DNA of 63,467 bases, the filler included, from Bigelowiella natans CCMP2755 (lineage: Eukaryota > Protista > Cercozoa): NCBI GenBank assembly GCA_000320545.1. It is 4 parts of 4 records of this genome, joined end to end, with 100 filler letters (N's around TTAATTAATTAA, not from the genome) between each part and the next. Parts side by side here need not be neighbours in the genome. Positions count along the whole stretch, not along the records: positions 1 to 23,047 come from ADNK01001138.1; positions 23,148 to 54,081 come from ADNK01000900.1; 2 more parts are not named here. The stretch is one strand, 5' to 3'. The position numbers and the translations under genes were made by a program. The notes beneath the pieces are model-generated. The model did not search any database. It worked only from the letters and a program-made list of their open reading frames with translations, and was not told the origin of the DNA. Every line of letters starts with the position of its first letter. Within the stretch, counting starts at the first letter, position 1. This document shows positions 14,766 through 26,945 of the stretch, in pieces.

Positions 14766-15231
14766 CCCTACATTAAAAAAAGTATAGGTCAGACTAAAAG
14801 CAAACGGTGCACAATTTGCCATTCTGAAAGTTGCGTTTTCGCATCTGATGGAATCAGCAAGTTTGGCATTGATGTACTACCTCAACTTGTGGAAGGGTTA
14901 CGAGCTCGTAAGAGACGGCCCTGGGGACAGCGCACAGCGCTGAAAGATGTAACGTTGCCACTGATTACACGTAACATCTTGAAGATGATGTTTGGAAGTG
15001 GATATCGCATCTGCGACAACTATTAATGGAACCACTAGATTTTTAGCCTTTGGCGCTAACCTAAACCCTAATAAACCCTAAATGATTAAAGGGTATCTAA
15101 TACCATATCTCATCAAATTCATTGGCATGTTTCGGTAAGATGAGGCCCCAAATATTTGTCGCTCCCCAAAAAGGCACTTCTAGATTTGATGTTCATCCAT
15201 CATTTGCCCTCCGGATCTCAGGAGTATTACG

Positions 15232-15831
15232 AGTTTTAAGAGAAAAAAAAGACAGAATTTAGCACTTGCGACAATCAAAATCAATATGACTAGGAAAACT
15301 TCTCCCTTATAGTTTCTGCAGAACTTCTACAGCTGCAGATGTGCCTGCTCAACAAGTTATTTTGGAAACGCTAATAATTGCAGTACCTACGACAACAAAA
15401 TTCTTCATGTTTTTGCACTTTTGGTATGATAGTTTCTGCAGAACTTCCACAGCTGCAGATGTGCCTGCTCATCAAGTTATTTTGGAAACGTTGGTAATTA
15501 CAGTACTTACGACAACTAAATTCTTCATGTTTTTGCACTTTTGGTATGGCAGTTGCTGCACAGCCGCAGAGGTTCTGCAGAACTTCCACAGCGGTAGATG
15601 TACCTGCTCAACCAGTTCTTTTGGAAACGCCTTGCATTTGTAGTACCTACGACAACGAAATTCTTACTGTTTTTGCACTTTTGGTATGACAGTTACTGCA
15701 CAGCCGCAGAGGTTCTGTGCAGATTTCGGTTATAGTTTTGAGAGAAAAAAAAGGAATGGGTTTCTTACCTGCGACAATCAAAATCAGTCTCATACAACCT
15801 TCTCGCTTTGCTTCTGCAGAACTTCCACAGC
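15232..15831. repeat. Degenerate tandem repeats (three ~120-145 bp units plus a flanking ~100 bp duplication) in a divergent promoter
   Basis: ttctgcagaacttc(t/c)acagc recurs at ~15314, 15434, 15573 and 15812. tttttgcacttttggtatg occurs three times. agtttt.agagaaaaaaaa...tgcgacaatcaaaatca occurs at ~15232 and ~15734. Confidence 0.85.
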
Positions 15832-15969
15832 CCCAGCATCAGCATCCGGATCCCGAGACGGCATGTGCAGTATGACTTCGGCTTTGGGGCGGACAGAATC
15901 CAAACATCGATCTAATAGACTAACACTTCGAAAGAACTACGTCTGCATTACAACGCCTTACTGCCCCCT

Positions 15970-16809
15970 ATGTCCAACAATCTTCAGCCAGAGAGCAACG
16001 CCACGGCAGGCACCGCCAACACTCAGGACGACGATTCGATCTTCTTCTGCAGCACGGCAATCACCGTCGGTACTCAGAACGACGAGCCAATGTTCTATGG
16101 CAACGAGAACATACTTAGCTCCGTGAACAGCCAGACTGACGCGTCTGAGGATGTACTCCCTGTACAGCCATCGTATTCTGGTTTCTCGCACCAGCAACCT
16201 AGCTGCTTCGACACAGATGACTTCTTTGGAATATCTCTGTCGGGGGAGGATCAGAAAATGGATCCTGAAAGTCTTACTTCACCACCGATCCATTCCCTTC
16301 CCCCGCTGGACGAAAGCAAGTGTGACCGCAAAACAGAGAGCATCAGTGACCCCAGTCAAGAATGCAACCCATTCGGAGCAGCTGGCACCACAATGGCAGC
16401 TGATATCCCTGCATTGATAGTGATGGGATCATCGAGCAGATTCGAGACTAAGGAAACGAAAGAGGCTATCAGCAGTATTCAACCTCGAAGAAGAAGACGC
16501 CGAAGAAAGCGGAAAGGATGCGCAAACTGTGTCACGGCAAAGAGGCGATGCTCAGCAGTCGACGACCAGAAATTTCCTTGCAATCGTTGCATTGCAGACA
16601 ATTGCCCGGAGCTTTGTGTGGGGCCATATGATCCAGAGAGAGACATCTATTTCAATATGAGGCTTGAAAGAACAGGCTCGACTCGGAGGTTGAGGGACAA
16701 TGATCTTGCGTTAAGACAGAACAAGTGTCGTAAGATTGTGCGCCGGGGAGGAAAGAGAGAGGGCCTCCGCTGCACTAGACCATATGGCCACGGCGGGCGG
16801 TGTGCATAA
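15970..16809 (+). CDS. Intronless Zn(II)2Cys6 binuclear-cluster transcription factor-like protein
   Basis: A basic run RRRRRRKRKG precedes CANC-VTAKRR-C-SAVDDQKFP-CNRC-IADNCPEL-C, i.e. C-x2-C-x6-C-x9-C-x2-C-x8-C. The N-terminus is acidic and disordered. Confidence 0.8.
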   Translation: MSNNLQPESNATAGTANTQDDDSIFFCSTAITVGTQNDEPMFYGNENILSSVNSQTDASEDVLPVQPSYSGFSHQQPSCFDTDDFFGISLSGEDQKMDPESLTSPPIHSLPPLDESKCDRKTESISDPSQECNPFGAAGTTMAADIPALIVMGSSSRFETKETKEAISSIQPRRRRRRRKRKGCANCVTAKRRCSAVDDQKFPCNRCIADNCPELCVGPYDPERDIYFNMRLERTGSTRRLRDNDLALRQNKCRKIVRRGGKREGLRCTRPYGHGGRCA

Positions 16810-18529
16810 ACATAGATTAGCACAAAATGCGACCAAGATTTTCTGTCTCATTGCAGCTCATTGGATTCGACTTTTTGGAAAGTTTTGCGGGTTCGGGACT
16901 ATAATCAGTTTCATCAAGTGACAGGAATGACTGTAGAGCCAAAATGACATCTGATAAAATAATGATTGACAACTTAGGCAGAATAACATGCTTTATTTAG
17001 AGTGAAAATGACATGGACCGTGAGCAACAATTGCAACCACAGACAGATAATCGAGCAAACTCACATGTGGCTCACATGACAAATGCTTTGGTCATGATGG
17101 CCCTCGCACGAATGTCGTTGCATGCCAGTCAGCTAGCCAGCCTGCTAGTTGAGTGCACCGTACATACACATGAGAAACATTTGGGAACTTGCTACACATG
17201 TGCCACAGCAGCGGGCCGAGCAACAAATATGTGGACATGCTCACATGTATGAACATGGCAGAAGCAAAGGCTAGCACATTCTAATGTGCATTCCAGTGTG
17301 CACTAGTGCATTCCAGCGTGCAATAGAGTACTAGGACGACATGCAATGAACAATGCGCGCGGCATGCTTGAAGGAGAAATTCTGCAGGTGTTGCACAGGT
17401 GTGGGCAAGATCATCACATTCATGAAAGAAACACACAAGCTAGTTAGCATGTGGCGTCATTGACTCGCTCGTGGCTGCGCAGGTCTAGAGGTCTAGCAGA
17501 GGTGACTGCTCTGACGAAATGGAGAGATTATAGGTCGTCGACCAGTTTGAATGCATTGTCCAGCTGTCCCAATGTGATGGACACGCACAGCGATGTGATG
17601 TGTGCAATGTGCACATTGTGTCGTGGACACAGTGCCATGCTAGCTAATTGTAGACACGTAATACTATGTCCATTATGCTAGCTAGCATGGCAGACACAAT
17701 AGTAGACAGTGATGTTGCATGCAACATGTACACACATGTCACATTCTCCAGTTCCAGCATTGCCAGATTGCGTGGTCCATGATCAATGAGGAAAGCTGAA
17801 AAGGCATTCAATTCTGCACTCTGCATCGGAATTGCAACACTTGGAACACAGCCGTTGATTGTGCTGATTGATCTCTGACTGGATTGGGCGAACACACCGC
17901 ACAGAACTTCCACTTGTTGCGCCTGTTGCCTTCGCTGTCAGTGTGCGCACATTGCGTGCTGCTGTCAACACGAACGAAAATTGAGGGTGCAAACGCACAA
18001 ACGCACCCGCCGGCTGCGAGCATGTGGACATGCGGACAGCTAGACAGGTGGCCTGCACTCAAGCAAGGACAAACCCACAGCGTCACGTTCCCCCTTCAAC
18101 CATGGACACAGTACATCATGCACACGCATGTCTGTTGTTTCACGCGCGCCCGCGCTGGCGCAGAGCGACAGCAAAAAAGTGCAACGTTGTGCACGTCATT
18201 GACGTTCGAACAATCTGATGATGACGCAGCTTGCTCTAGTGCTAGACAGTGTCCCTCCCTCCCGCCAACAAGGTGATTATCATCGGAACGTTGAGTTGAG
18301 CATTGTTGCAAAATCAGCATGCGCGAGAGGCACATGAACGAATCATGGAATGAACATTGAACTGAGCAGTGAACTGAACAAAGACCTGGCACTTGTCAGA
18401 GAAGTCGAGAAACAGAAAGCATTTTTTGCATGTCGTAGACAATAAACCTCCTCCGTTTTCGTTCAATGACAGGCAATCCCGGGTAACACCAAATTCAACT
18501 TCACCAACGACAACAGATTTTCACGCGAC

Positions 18530-20133
18530 ATGGCGGCCATGCCAATCCCCCTCCTCCTGATGATTGTGACCTTTGCTGCTGCCTTCGCAGATTTCCCTCC
18601 ATGTCAGGAAGTTCACAAAAATGGCGTTGAGGTACGCATGTACGCCTCTGCTGCCTCACCATTGCGAATGGAGGAGAACCCTTTGAACTCATCATCATTC
18701 ACATGGCGTCATAGGTTGAGCTGAATGTCCTCTCTGGAACCCGAGATCCCTCCGTCGTCCTCACTGCTTCAGAATGGACTGAGGTGTGCGATTTGATGGA
18801 CAATTGCGAAATGCGCCGTCCGTGCCGTGTTATGGGTTATACCGGATTTCGAATTGACGGACTGCACGACATCTACGGCTGCAGGGATGCAGAATTGAAG
18901 CTTGCATCGAAATTTTTCACAAACATCAGCGAAGAGGTTGCTCTCCACGTGGCCGAAGAGATCATCTTCAGTGACCAGATGGATGAAGAGAGCCAACAAT
19001 GTTTTCGTTCTGAAAAGAATGGCGTCCCTACGATTGTCGGGGAGCCTCAAACTAACTGCAAGGTTGAGGGTGTGTGTTCTGCCTCTGGAATCTTTTCACG
19101 CGCTTTGAGAAAAGCTCAAAGTCTCCTATTACAATAGCGCGCCAGCGTTCATCTAATGGCAAAAAAATGGTGTATTTTTGGTCAACGTCTCAGGAAACTC
19201 CGGTTGTAGGACCTGACTCCCCCGCCCCTGAGTATTCGCCCAAATCCGACGACGGGGTAGCAGTTATTGCAATACTAAGATGCCACCTTTGCCGTGGTGT
19301 TAAACAGATGATCGATTCCACAGCATACTCGATGCGTGATATTCATTTCTAAGTGCAATTTTCATGTTATGGGGTAGGGGTGCTTCATCACTGAGCAGCG
19401 GCACAACAACTGCTACAACTACGGAAACGACGTTGTGACCAACACTTTCGCACAGCCCGGGTATGAACAATCTCTACTCTAGCGTGCGAGCACATTCAGC
19501 GGGTTTTTGACTTGTAGATCGTATGCAAAATTGCTGGACCATCAAATCTATTCCTTTGCCCGCCTATCCTTGTGCATATCAGCCGAGGATCCGGCGAAAA
19601 ATGGAAGGCAAACACGTGTGAAGATGTGCGGGCGGCGGCCGAACGCGATGGTCTAGTCTGGCACGGGGTATTATATAGATTGAAAAGCATCATTTATTTT
19701 ATAAGCAGCGGCGGGGTGTTGTCATTTTTTGTAGAAGGAGTCGACAGTTGTTCCCAATTTTCTGCATTCTCACTCGCCATCAATTTAATCGCCATCATCG
19801 CTATTATCTCTGAATCTGTAGCTCTTATGATAGGTGCTCTATAATTTCATTCTGCCCCCATCCCTCTTCCTTCCCCCACTATATATTTTCTCCAATAGAA
19901 CGACGCTGTGCCAACAGCGCAACCTGAAGAGGGCGGGCATTTTGTCGCCTTGCTCATATGGCCGAAGACCAATTTCCACTGGATCAGGATGGATCGTGAC
20001 TTATTCTGGTCGCATAAACCTGGTAAAATTAACTAGTGATTATATCAGCGGCAATAATATATATAAATAATATATATGTGAAATCGGTTGTGCGTCCGTG
20101 CGTGCGTCCGTCCGTCCGTCCGTCCGTCCGTGC

Positions 20134-20172
<39 letters not shown>

Positions 20173-20514
20173 TGTATTTTGTTCATACGATTATATCGAG
20201 GTTTGATTTATAACCAGCTGAGAATAAAGTGAATTTTTAATTTATCCAAAAAACGGAGAACGATAGCAAACATTTTTTGGTCGTTCCTCTCTTTTGCCTG
20301 CTGCTTTGATGATTACATTGCGATGCTCCATTGTCGATCATCTCCATCTATCTGTCTCATTATTATTTCATTCGCCCCCTTAGGACAAACAGCTGTGAGA
20401 AATGTTGATAACACTGGCTCAAAGATTACAGATCCCAGCAAATCAGATTTTTCGCCCTGGACGCAATTCTGTGGATATTTTCGCACTGTTCCATCGAACA
20501 CAACTTTGAACTAA
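18530..20514 (+). CDS. Secreted papain-fold protein of the NNCYNY...FHW.R.D...WSHKPG family (insoluble matrix shell protein 1-like)
   Basis: Signal peptide MAAMPIPLLLMIVTFAAAFA. Exons encode HNNCYNYGNDVVTNTFAQPG (~19400), RGSGEKWKANTCEDVRAAAERDGL, GHFVALLIWPKTNFHWIRMDRDLFWSHKPG (~19940-20022) and QTAVRNVDNTGSKITDPSKSDFSPWTQFCGYF, ending in TAA at 20512-20514. Confidence 0.8.
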
Positions 20515-21497
20515 ATCTTCCTTGAATTAATTCACGTGTGCGTTGTTAGATGTAGCACGGTGCATCGATGCAATCATCCTTCTCTCACCCGCATGCAACG
20601 CACGTGTAGATCTAGAGATGTGAAAAAAACATGATCGATGAGGCGCCGCACCAAAAGTACGCAACCTGTAGTCGAGCATTTGATGGCCACTTTGTGTGCA
20701 CGTGCGAGATGGAGCTAGAATGACGAGTAACATATAAACACACATCGCACTCGTGAATCATGCAGCAACACGTCGTCTAGACGTGAAACAGCACGCTGCG
20801 ATGCTAGCACGCGCACGCGCCGAGTGTAGTTGAACTTGGTCATTTGCCACTACTGCAGATGGGCCATGCAATGAGCTGCGTGCCCGGCACCTGTGTGCAC
20901 AGCTGGTAGTCCACAGAAAGAAAGAGCGAATCGAAAGGTGAAACAACGAAGCAATTACAATATATATATATATTATATATACTGTGTCTATAGTAATTCA
21001 ACAGAAGCGGTTGAAAGGATCGCATGGGCCACGCTGACTCATCCGTGATCTCCCCAATGAACTAGATCTCCTGGTGAAGTTGAGCGTAATGATGTTAAGG
21101 GTTCGTTTCACACCAGTTTGCCTTGGCATTGGACGGATGACCAATGCCTGGCAAGGTTCGAGGCCGCCAGCGAGGACAATCAAAACAACAACGCGGCATC
21201 TCCCCACATCGATCTAGACATGCAACCCGCAAGTCTGAGGTGCATCATGATCCTGTTGTGGAGAACACAATGCATGAGGTTTTGTGCTGCACATTGCAAC
21301 AGTAGCATGGGACCCCGGGCCACAATTCGGGCCGCAAAAGCGATGAGCCACGTGTCCAACAAACCAAACAGGGTCGGTCATCAGGATCTCAGAAGCCACG
21401 TGATCCCTGCAGCGAGCTGCTGTCGCGATCTTATGTGTGCGCGCCTTGCCTCGGAATTTCCACCAAAGGAACCTCCTACATTCATGCGACAAAACAA

Positions 21498-21593
21498 AAT
21501 CATTGTCGCAGGATATATTTGGGAAGGAAAATCCTTGTCGCAGGCTACACTCGGGAAGGGATATCCGTGTCGCAGGCAACATTCGGGAAAGAA
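21498..21593. repeat. Three degenerate 32-bp tandem units, each containing TGTCGCAGG
   Basis: aatcattgtcgcaggatatatttgggaaggaa / aatccttgtcgcaggctacactcgggaaggga / tatccgtgtcgcaggcaacattcgggaaagaa. Confidence 0.85.
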
Positions 21594-23047
21594 TCCGCCC
21601 CAGGGGCCAGCGCCGATCCGCCTCACACCTCTCGAGCGGTGTCATTTGTTGTCTTAGTTTCTCTCCGGCGTGCCGCTGTGGAGAACATTCGTACAGCACG
21701 TAGTGAGGAGAGAGGATATATCGGTACTCGCCGCCAGATCATGGCCCCTTCTTCGGTGCCATAAGTTATCGCCAGCACCTCTCAACCTAAGGCGCGAAAG
21801 AGGATGCAGCAGGCCGGTCAGATGGGGGTGGGCGTGCGCTTCCGTACCGAATCTAGCATTCGCAAGAGCGCCATGATCCTTCTCCTAATTACATTCTCGA
21901 TACTCCTTTCCTGCTCACGGCGGAGAGATGTCCCTGGCCTCCTTAGCCAGACGCAGCAAGCCTTAAGTCCGTCCTCGAAGATTGCAGTCGATAGAGACCG
22001 AGTCATGGTGAGGAGGGAAACCAAACCTTTAGTTTCTCGGTTTTTTCTTTTCCTAAAGTAGAAAAACGATGTAGTAAGAGGCATGGATGAGGGAAAGGCC
22101 TCCGGCCACCAAACACCGGAGATCGATCCGTGATGGAATGAGAGACGCAGCGAGAGATAATACGATGACGACCTAGCAGGGTGTTTTTGAATCAAATCTG
22201 TTCTATTTATGCACCTTGCTCATCACATTTTGATGACACTAAAACCACTCCACCCTGGTCTTAAGTGGTCGATTTAACACACACATACACAAGCATGCAC
22301 GTACGCTGTAGGATGCTATGCGCGACCTACGCACTGTGGACTATTCTCTTAAAAGCAACACGATTGACTTCAAAGAGATGCAATCCAGGTAATTACATAT
22401 AAACCGGAGATGTGATGAGAGGGGGGCGGGGATTGATTTATATAATATGAAACATACGATATATACATATACATATACATGTGGATTTCCTCGCCATGGT
22501 CCACGATCTACTTCCTCGCAGCATTCAACGAGCGAAGAAGGGCCTCGAAACGGCGCTGCGGACGAAGCCTCTCAAGCCTAAATGGGTGCGGCCACACGCA
22601 CACCCCCCCCCCCCCACCATCCCATGATGCAGCATCCGTGCCATTGCCTGCCAGCAAGCGAAATCGCTTCTCCCCGCATATGCGCTCCTCCGTGCTACTT
22701 GGCGTGCGGATGATGCTGAGAGGAATAGCGCGCATTTGCATTTCCTCTGTGTGTTTTGCGCTTGATTTGATGGGGCCCTCCTCCCACGTAGGAACGTCGA
22801 TTCGGATCGCGCTCCTCCCGACAGGGTCAGGAAGCAGCCCGGCCGCAGCATCAACAGCGTCTCGATCGGCAACGTGAGGTGGGGGCGGGGCGGGTCTCAG
22901 GCGACGAAAAGAAGAGCTCTCGTAGCGTCAGGCAAAGGAAAACAACCCGATCCGCATCAAAACAAAGCGATGAGGATGAGGATGATGATAATGAGGAGGA
23001 GGAAGGGGAGGGGCGGGGGGGGGCGCGTCAGCTTTGCCTTTAACATT

Positions 23048-23147
23048 NNNNNNNNNNNNNNNNNNNNNNNNNNNNNNNNNNNNNNNNNNNNTTAATTAAT
23101 TAANNNNNNNNNNNNNNNNNNNNNNNNNNNNNNNNNNNNNNNNNNNN
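23048..23147. other. Artificial contig-join linker (N44-TTAATTAATTAA-N44)
   Basis: The same 100-bp structure occurs three times and carries stop codons in all six frames. Confidence 0.97.
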
Positions 23148-24098
23148 GAGAGACGCTCTGATCGGAGCATACTGAGGGAGGAGGAGGTGGTGGTGGTGGA
23201 GGAGGAGGAGGATTGCGGTTGATAGCGAATAGTTAATAAACACAGGAGATGGTTTAATGACGGCAAGGAGGTAATAATGATGACAACGATGACAATCACG
23301 ATGATGATATCAGTAGCAGCACAAACAAAAGCAAGGGCAGACCATGATCATCGTTGGAAGGGCGAAGATCTTCAAGGCAGATTACACACATTGCAGAATC
23401 TGAAAAGGTAACATAAGATAACAATTATAACCCAAATACAAACAAAATAGAATAATGATGAAGAGGGAGAAGCTACCATTAAAGAACCATCGATCAAATA
23501 TCGTCGTCCACGACGAAAACACCAACAATGACAATGATGATGATAATGGTGAGGATCATGAAATCATCATCCCTTTTTGCATTATTGACTGCTTTTATGT
23601 GGTAGATCTCATATAGGAAGGCAGCATTTGCTTCAAAGATGATAACAACCACATCTGCTGAACTAACATCAACATCCATCATCATCGTGTGCATAATGAT
23701 ATTCTCATTGGTGACTAGTATGATCTCGAAAAATGCTCATTATAGATACTTTCTTCCTCAGGACGTTCCATCTCCCTTCGGATGCGACCCAATGCCTGGA
23801 TGAGAAAGAGAGGGACAAAGCTGATGATGATGATGATCATGTGAAAATTAGCATAGACTTACAGAGAAAAAGCAATACACAGATTCCTAGTGATAATATA
23901 GCACATTAGGGCACAACTATATATTATAATATTTATCAACACTCCTTTCTACTTGTTGATCCATTTGTGCTCTTTCTACAAGACCCATGGTCTTCTTCTT
24001 CTTCTTCTTCTTCTTCTTCTTCTTCTTTTGCTATTACATGTATTGATAGATCTACCTCTCTTGCTCTCACATCCTCTTCTGCTTCACTCGCAGCGTCT

Positions 24099-24136
<38 letters not shown>

Positions 24137-24555
24137 AAATAATCAAATATTAAGCAAATATTAAATGAATGAATCACCATCAGCAAGTGACATAGTTCGT
24201 GGAGAAAATTGTCATCATTCATCATCATCATGATCATGATAATCCAAATTAATATACAGTACGTGGAGAAGCAGCACGGTATTCCAAGCAGCATCTTTTT
24301 TTAATAGAATAAATGCAAAAGGATCCTGCATCTATGGCGAAGGCAATTGGGTACCTAATCAATCACCATTTCAAGATGATGGTAAAAGAAGAAGAAGAAG
24401 AAGAAGGAGGAGGAGGAGGAAAAGAACACAAATACAGAACTTTGAGTCATCATTGGGTGAATGATTGGGTGAGTAATCAATAACTGTATTTTCATGTTAG
24501 CTTCCTCGTTAGGTAAATATTCATTCGTTTGTTGATCGATCGACGATGGTGCTGA

Positions 24556-24588
<33 letters not shown>

Positions 24589-25825
24589 AAGGCATTTGGA
24601 TTCTATGATCTTCAATAACTCTTATTATCACTTTGCTGCTCACGACGTTAATGATGATGATGATAATGATGGTGGTGATAATATGCAGTTAGTAGTGGCA
24701 TCATACGCTATGCAGAGAAAGGCAGAAAAGCACGCCAGATAAATGCTGTGTACAGAGAACAAAGTAGTAACAGTAGTAGTAGTAGTAGTGGCAGTAAGGG
24801 GGAGGTCAGTATCAAAATATGATAAACATCACCATTCTCACTACCACCACCACCCATCATAAAAGCAAATTCAGTAGTATCTGAAAAAGTATGATAATCC
24901 ATTTTAGGAAGTAGTAACGAAGTAGTGATATTTCATTTTTTAGCATTTGTATGGTGAATTATAGCTCTACAACTCTGTCTGGCTGTTTATGTGCTAAATG
25001 TTGGCAACATATGCATACATCATCAATGTAGTAGTGTTTATGTGCTAAATGTTGGCAACATATGCATACATCATCAATGTAGTAGTGTTTATGTGCTAAA
25101 TGTTGGCAACATAGATGCATACATCATCAATGTAGTAGTGCATATGCATACATCATCAATGTAGTAGTCTCCACCTATTTTGATGATACTTCTATTATAT
25201 TGCTACTGCTTTCAAATCTCATCAGCTGCTGTTAATACTACCATGGAATGATACAAGGCAAAGCAAAAACACCGAGAACCACGACAAATGGGAAGAGTGC
25301 TGCACGATAAATACAAAGGTAGCAGTATAAGTATAACAAGTAGTAGTAGTAGTAGTAGTAGTAGTAGGAACTACGGCATAATAAGGAAGATGATGATATT
25401 ATTATTAATATTATCATCATTATAATCATGGAATATGTTCTCTATTTATTATTTACCAGCATAGTCTGCAATGCCATCACTATGGCTCGGTATCTCCTTT
25501 CCCTACATCATCATTATCATACCAATAATCACATATTTATAAGTTTTTCATCATCATCATCATGTGCATGTCGCACTACTATTAGCTCCTCCTTCTGCCT
25601 TCCCTCTTATTACCATTCTTCTTCATCTTGGTAGTAACAGATAGTCTACTACAACACTGCAACTACTACTGCTACTACAACAACTACTACCTACTACTCC
25701 TTGGTCATCACCTACTACTACTACACTACTACTATTACTACTACTATTACTACTACAACTACTACTACTGTTACCTGTAACGCCAAAAGAACATACGCCG
25801 CGCCTCCTAGTAGAGCCTTTCATCA

Positions 25826-25865
<40 letters not shown>

Positions 25866-25923
25866 CTATATATTATCACGGTGGTGGAGGATTAGGGGTG
25901 TAAAAAAAAAAACTATGGTTCTG

Positions 25924-25957
<34 letters not shown>

Positions 25958-26367
25958 AGATGTTTGTAGCTGTTGATTCCATAGCACCATCCTGTGAATA
26001 ATACCTTATCAAAGCTTTTCCCCTTGGTTCTTTTGATCTCTCCTACAATCCGATCAATGATTTGCTGCACGATTTTGTCCTTATTATCATAGAGTAGGAG
26101 CATTTTATTATTATATGATCCAGCGACATTGTGGCCAAAACTGATGTTCAAAGGAGGTGCCATGCTATTATTTAACACAATACACTTATATATTAAGACG
26201 AGTAACAACAGAATCAAGAGGGCAATAACACAATATATGCTGCCTTATATTATGGTATATTGCTTGTTAAATGAATAAAATAATTGATTCTTGTGACCGG
26301 AAGTGCCTCACGGGAACCGACTGCCGTTCGTAGGTATGCTACCTGAAACCAGCGTGAGATAGGTCAT

Positions 26368-26416
<49 letters not shown>

Positions 26417-26567
26417 CAAGAAGAAGAAGGAGAAGGAGAAGGATAGGTGATGAAGGTGGTTGGTACACATAATAAGGGTATAGTAGGAAAAGAAGAAGTA
26501 GTAGTAATAGTAGTAGTAGTAGTAGTAGTAGCAACAGCAGCATATCAGGGATGGTGAAGATGGTGGT

Positions 26568-26599
<32 letters not shown>

Positions 26600-26904
26600 A
26601 AAAAGAAGAAGGAGGTGGAGAATGATGAGTATATAAAGACATAATAAACCATCATATGATGAAATCATGTAGAAATGGTAGTAGTAGCAGTAGTAATAGT
26701 AGTATTTACGCCGAATTGTTTGTACCCGATCAGCTTTGCTCACAACCAGAATGATGCTATTACCATGTGTGTATATTAAATATTATTATCACAGATGATG
26801 ATTTGTATACAGTGGGGGATAGCGTGCAATTTGCAGAGACGACTATGTATGCACTAATCGCTCACACCAAAGCATATCACAAACGATATTCTGCTTATGT
26901 GTGT

Positions 26905-26945
<41 letters not shown>

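Noticed and set aside
13141-14787. 548-aa plus-strand ORF of GNGVG repeats
   Set aside because: It is the antisense shadow of the NPTPFP repeat exon. The minus strand has the signal peptide and splices into the REJ gene.
15232-15831. Repeat arrays here and at 21498, 24985, 39966 and 57319 as possible CRISPR arrays
   Set aside because: They are tandem units with no unique spacers, no cas genes, and a eukaryotic context.
17013-18392. Cluster of overlapping Cys/His/Met-rich ORFs (also 34091-34318 and 59623-60283)
   Set aside because: They arise because TAA/TAG stops are missing in TpA-depleted DNA, and show no protein motifs.
17000-18420. CpG-methylation decay or fungal RIP as the cause of the TG/CA-rich islands
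   Set aside because: CpG remains common in these islands and TpA is lost rather than gained, the opposite of both processes.
20950-23047. Possible minus-strand gene fragments
   Set aside because: The region is GC-rich and exon-like in places, but I could not build a consistent spliced frame or recognise a domain.
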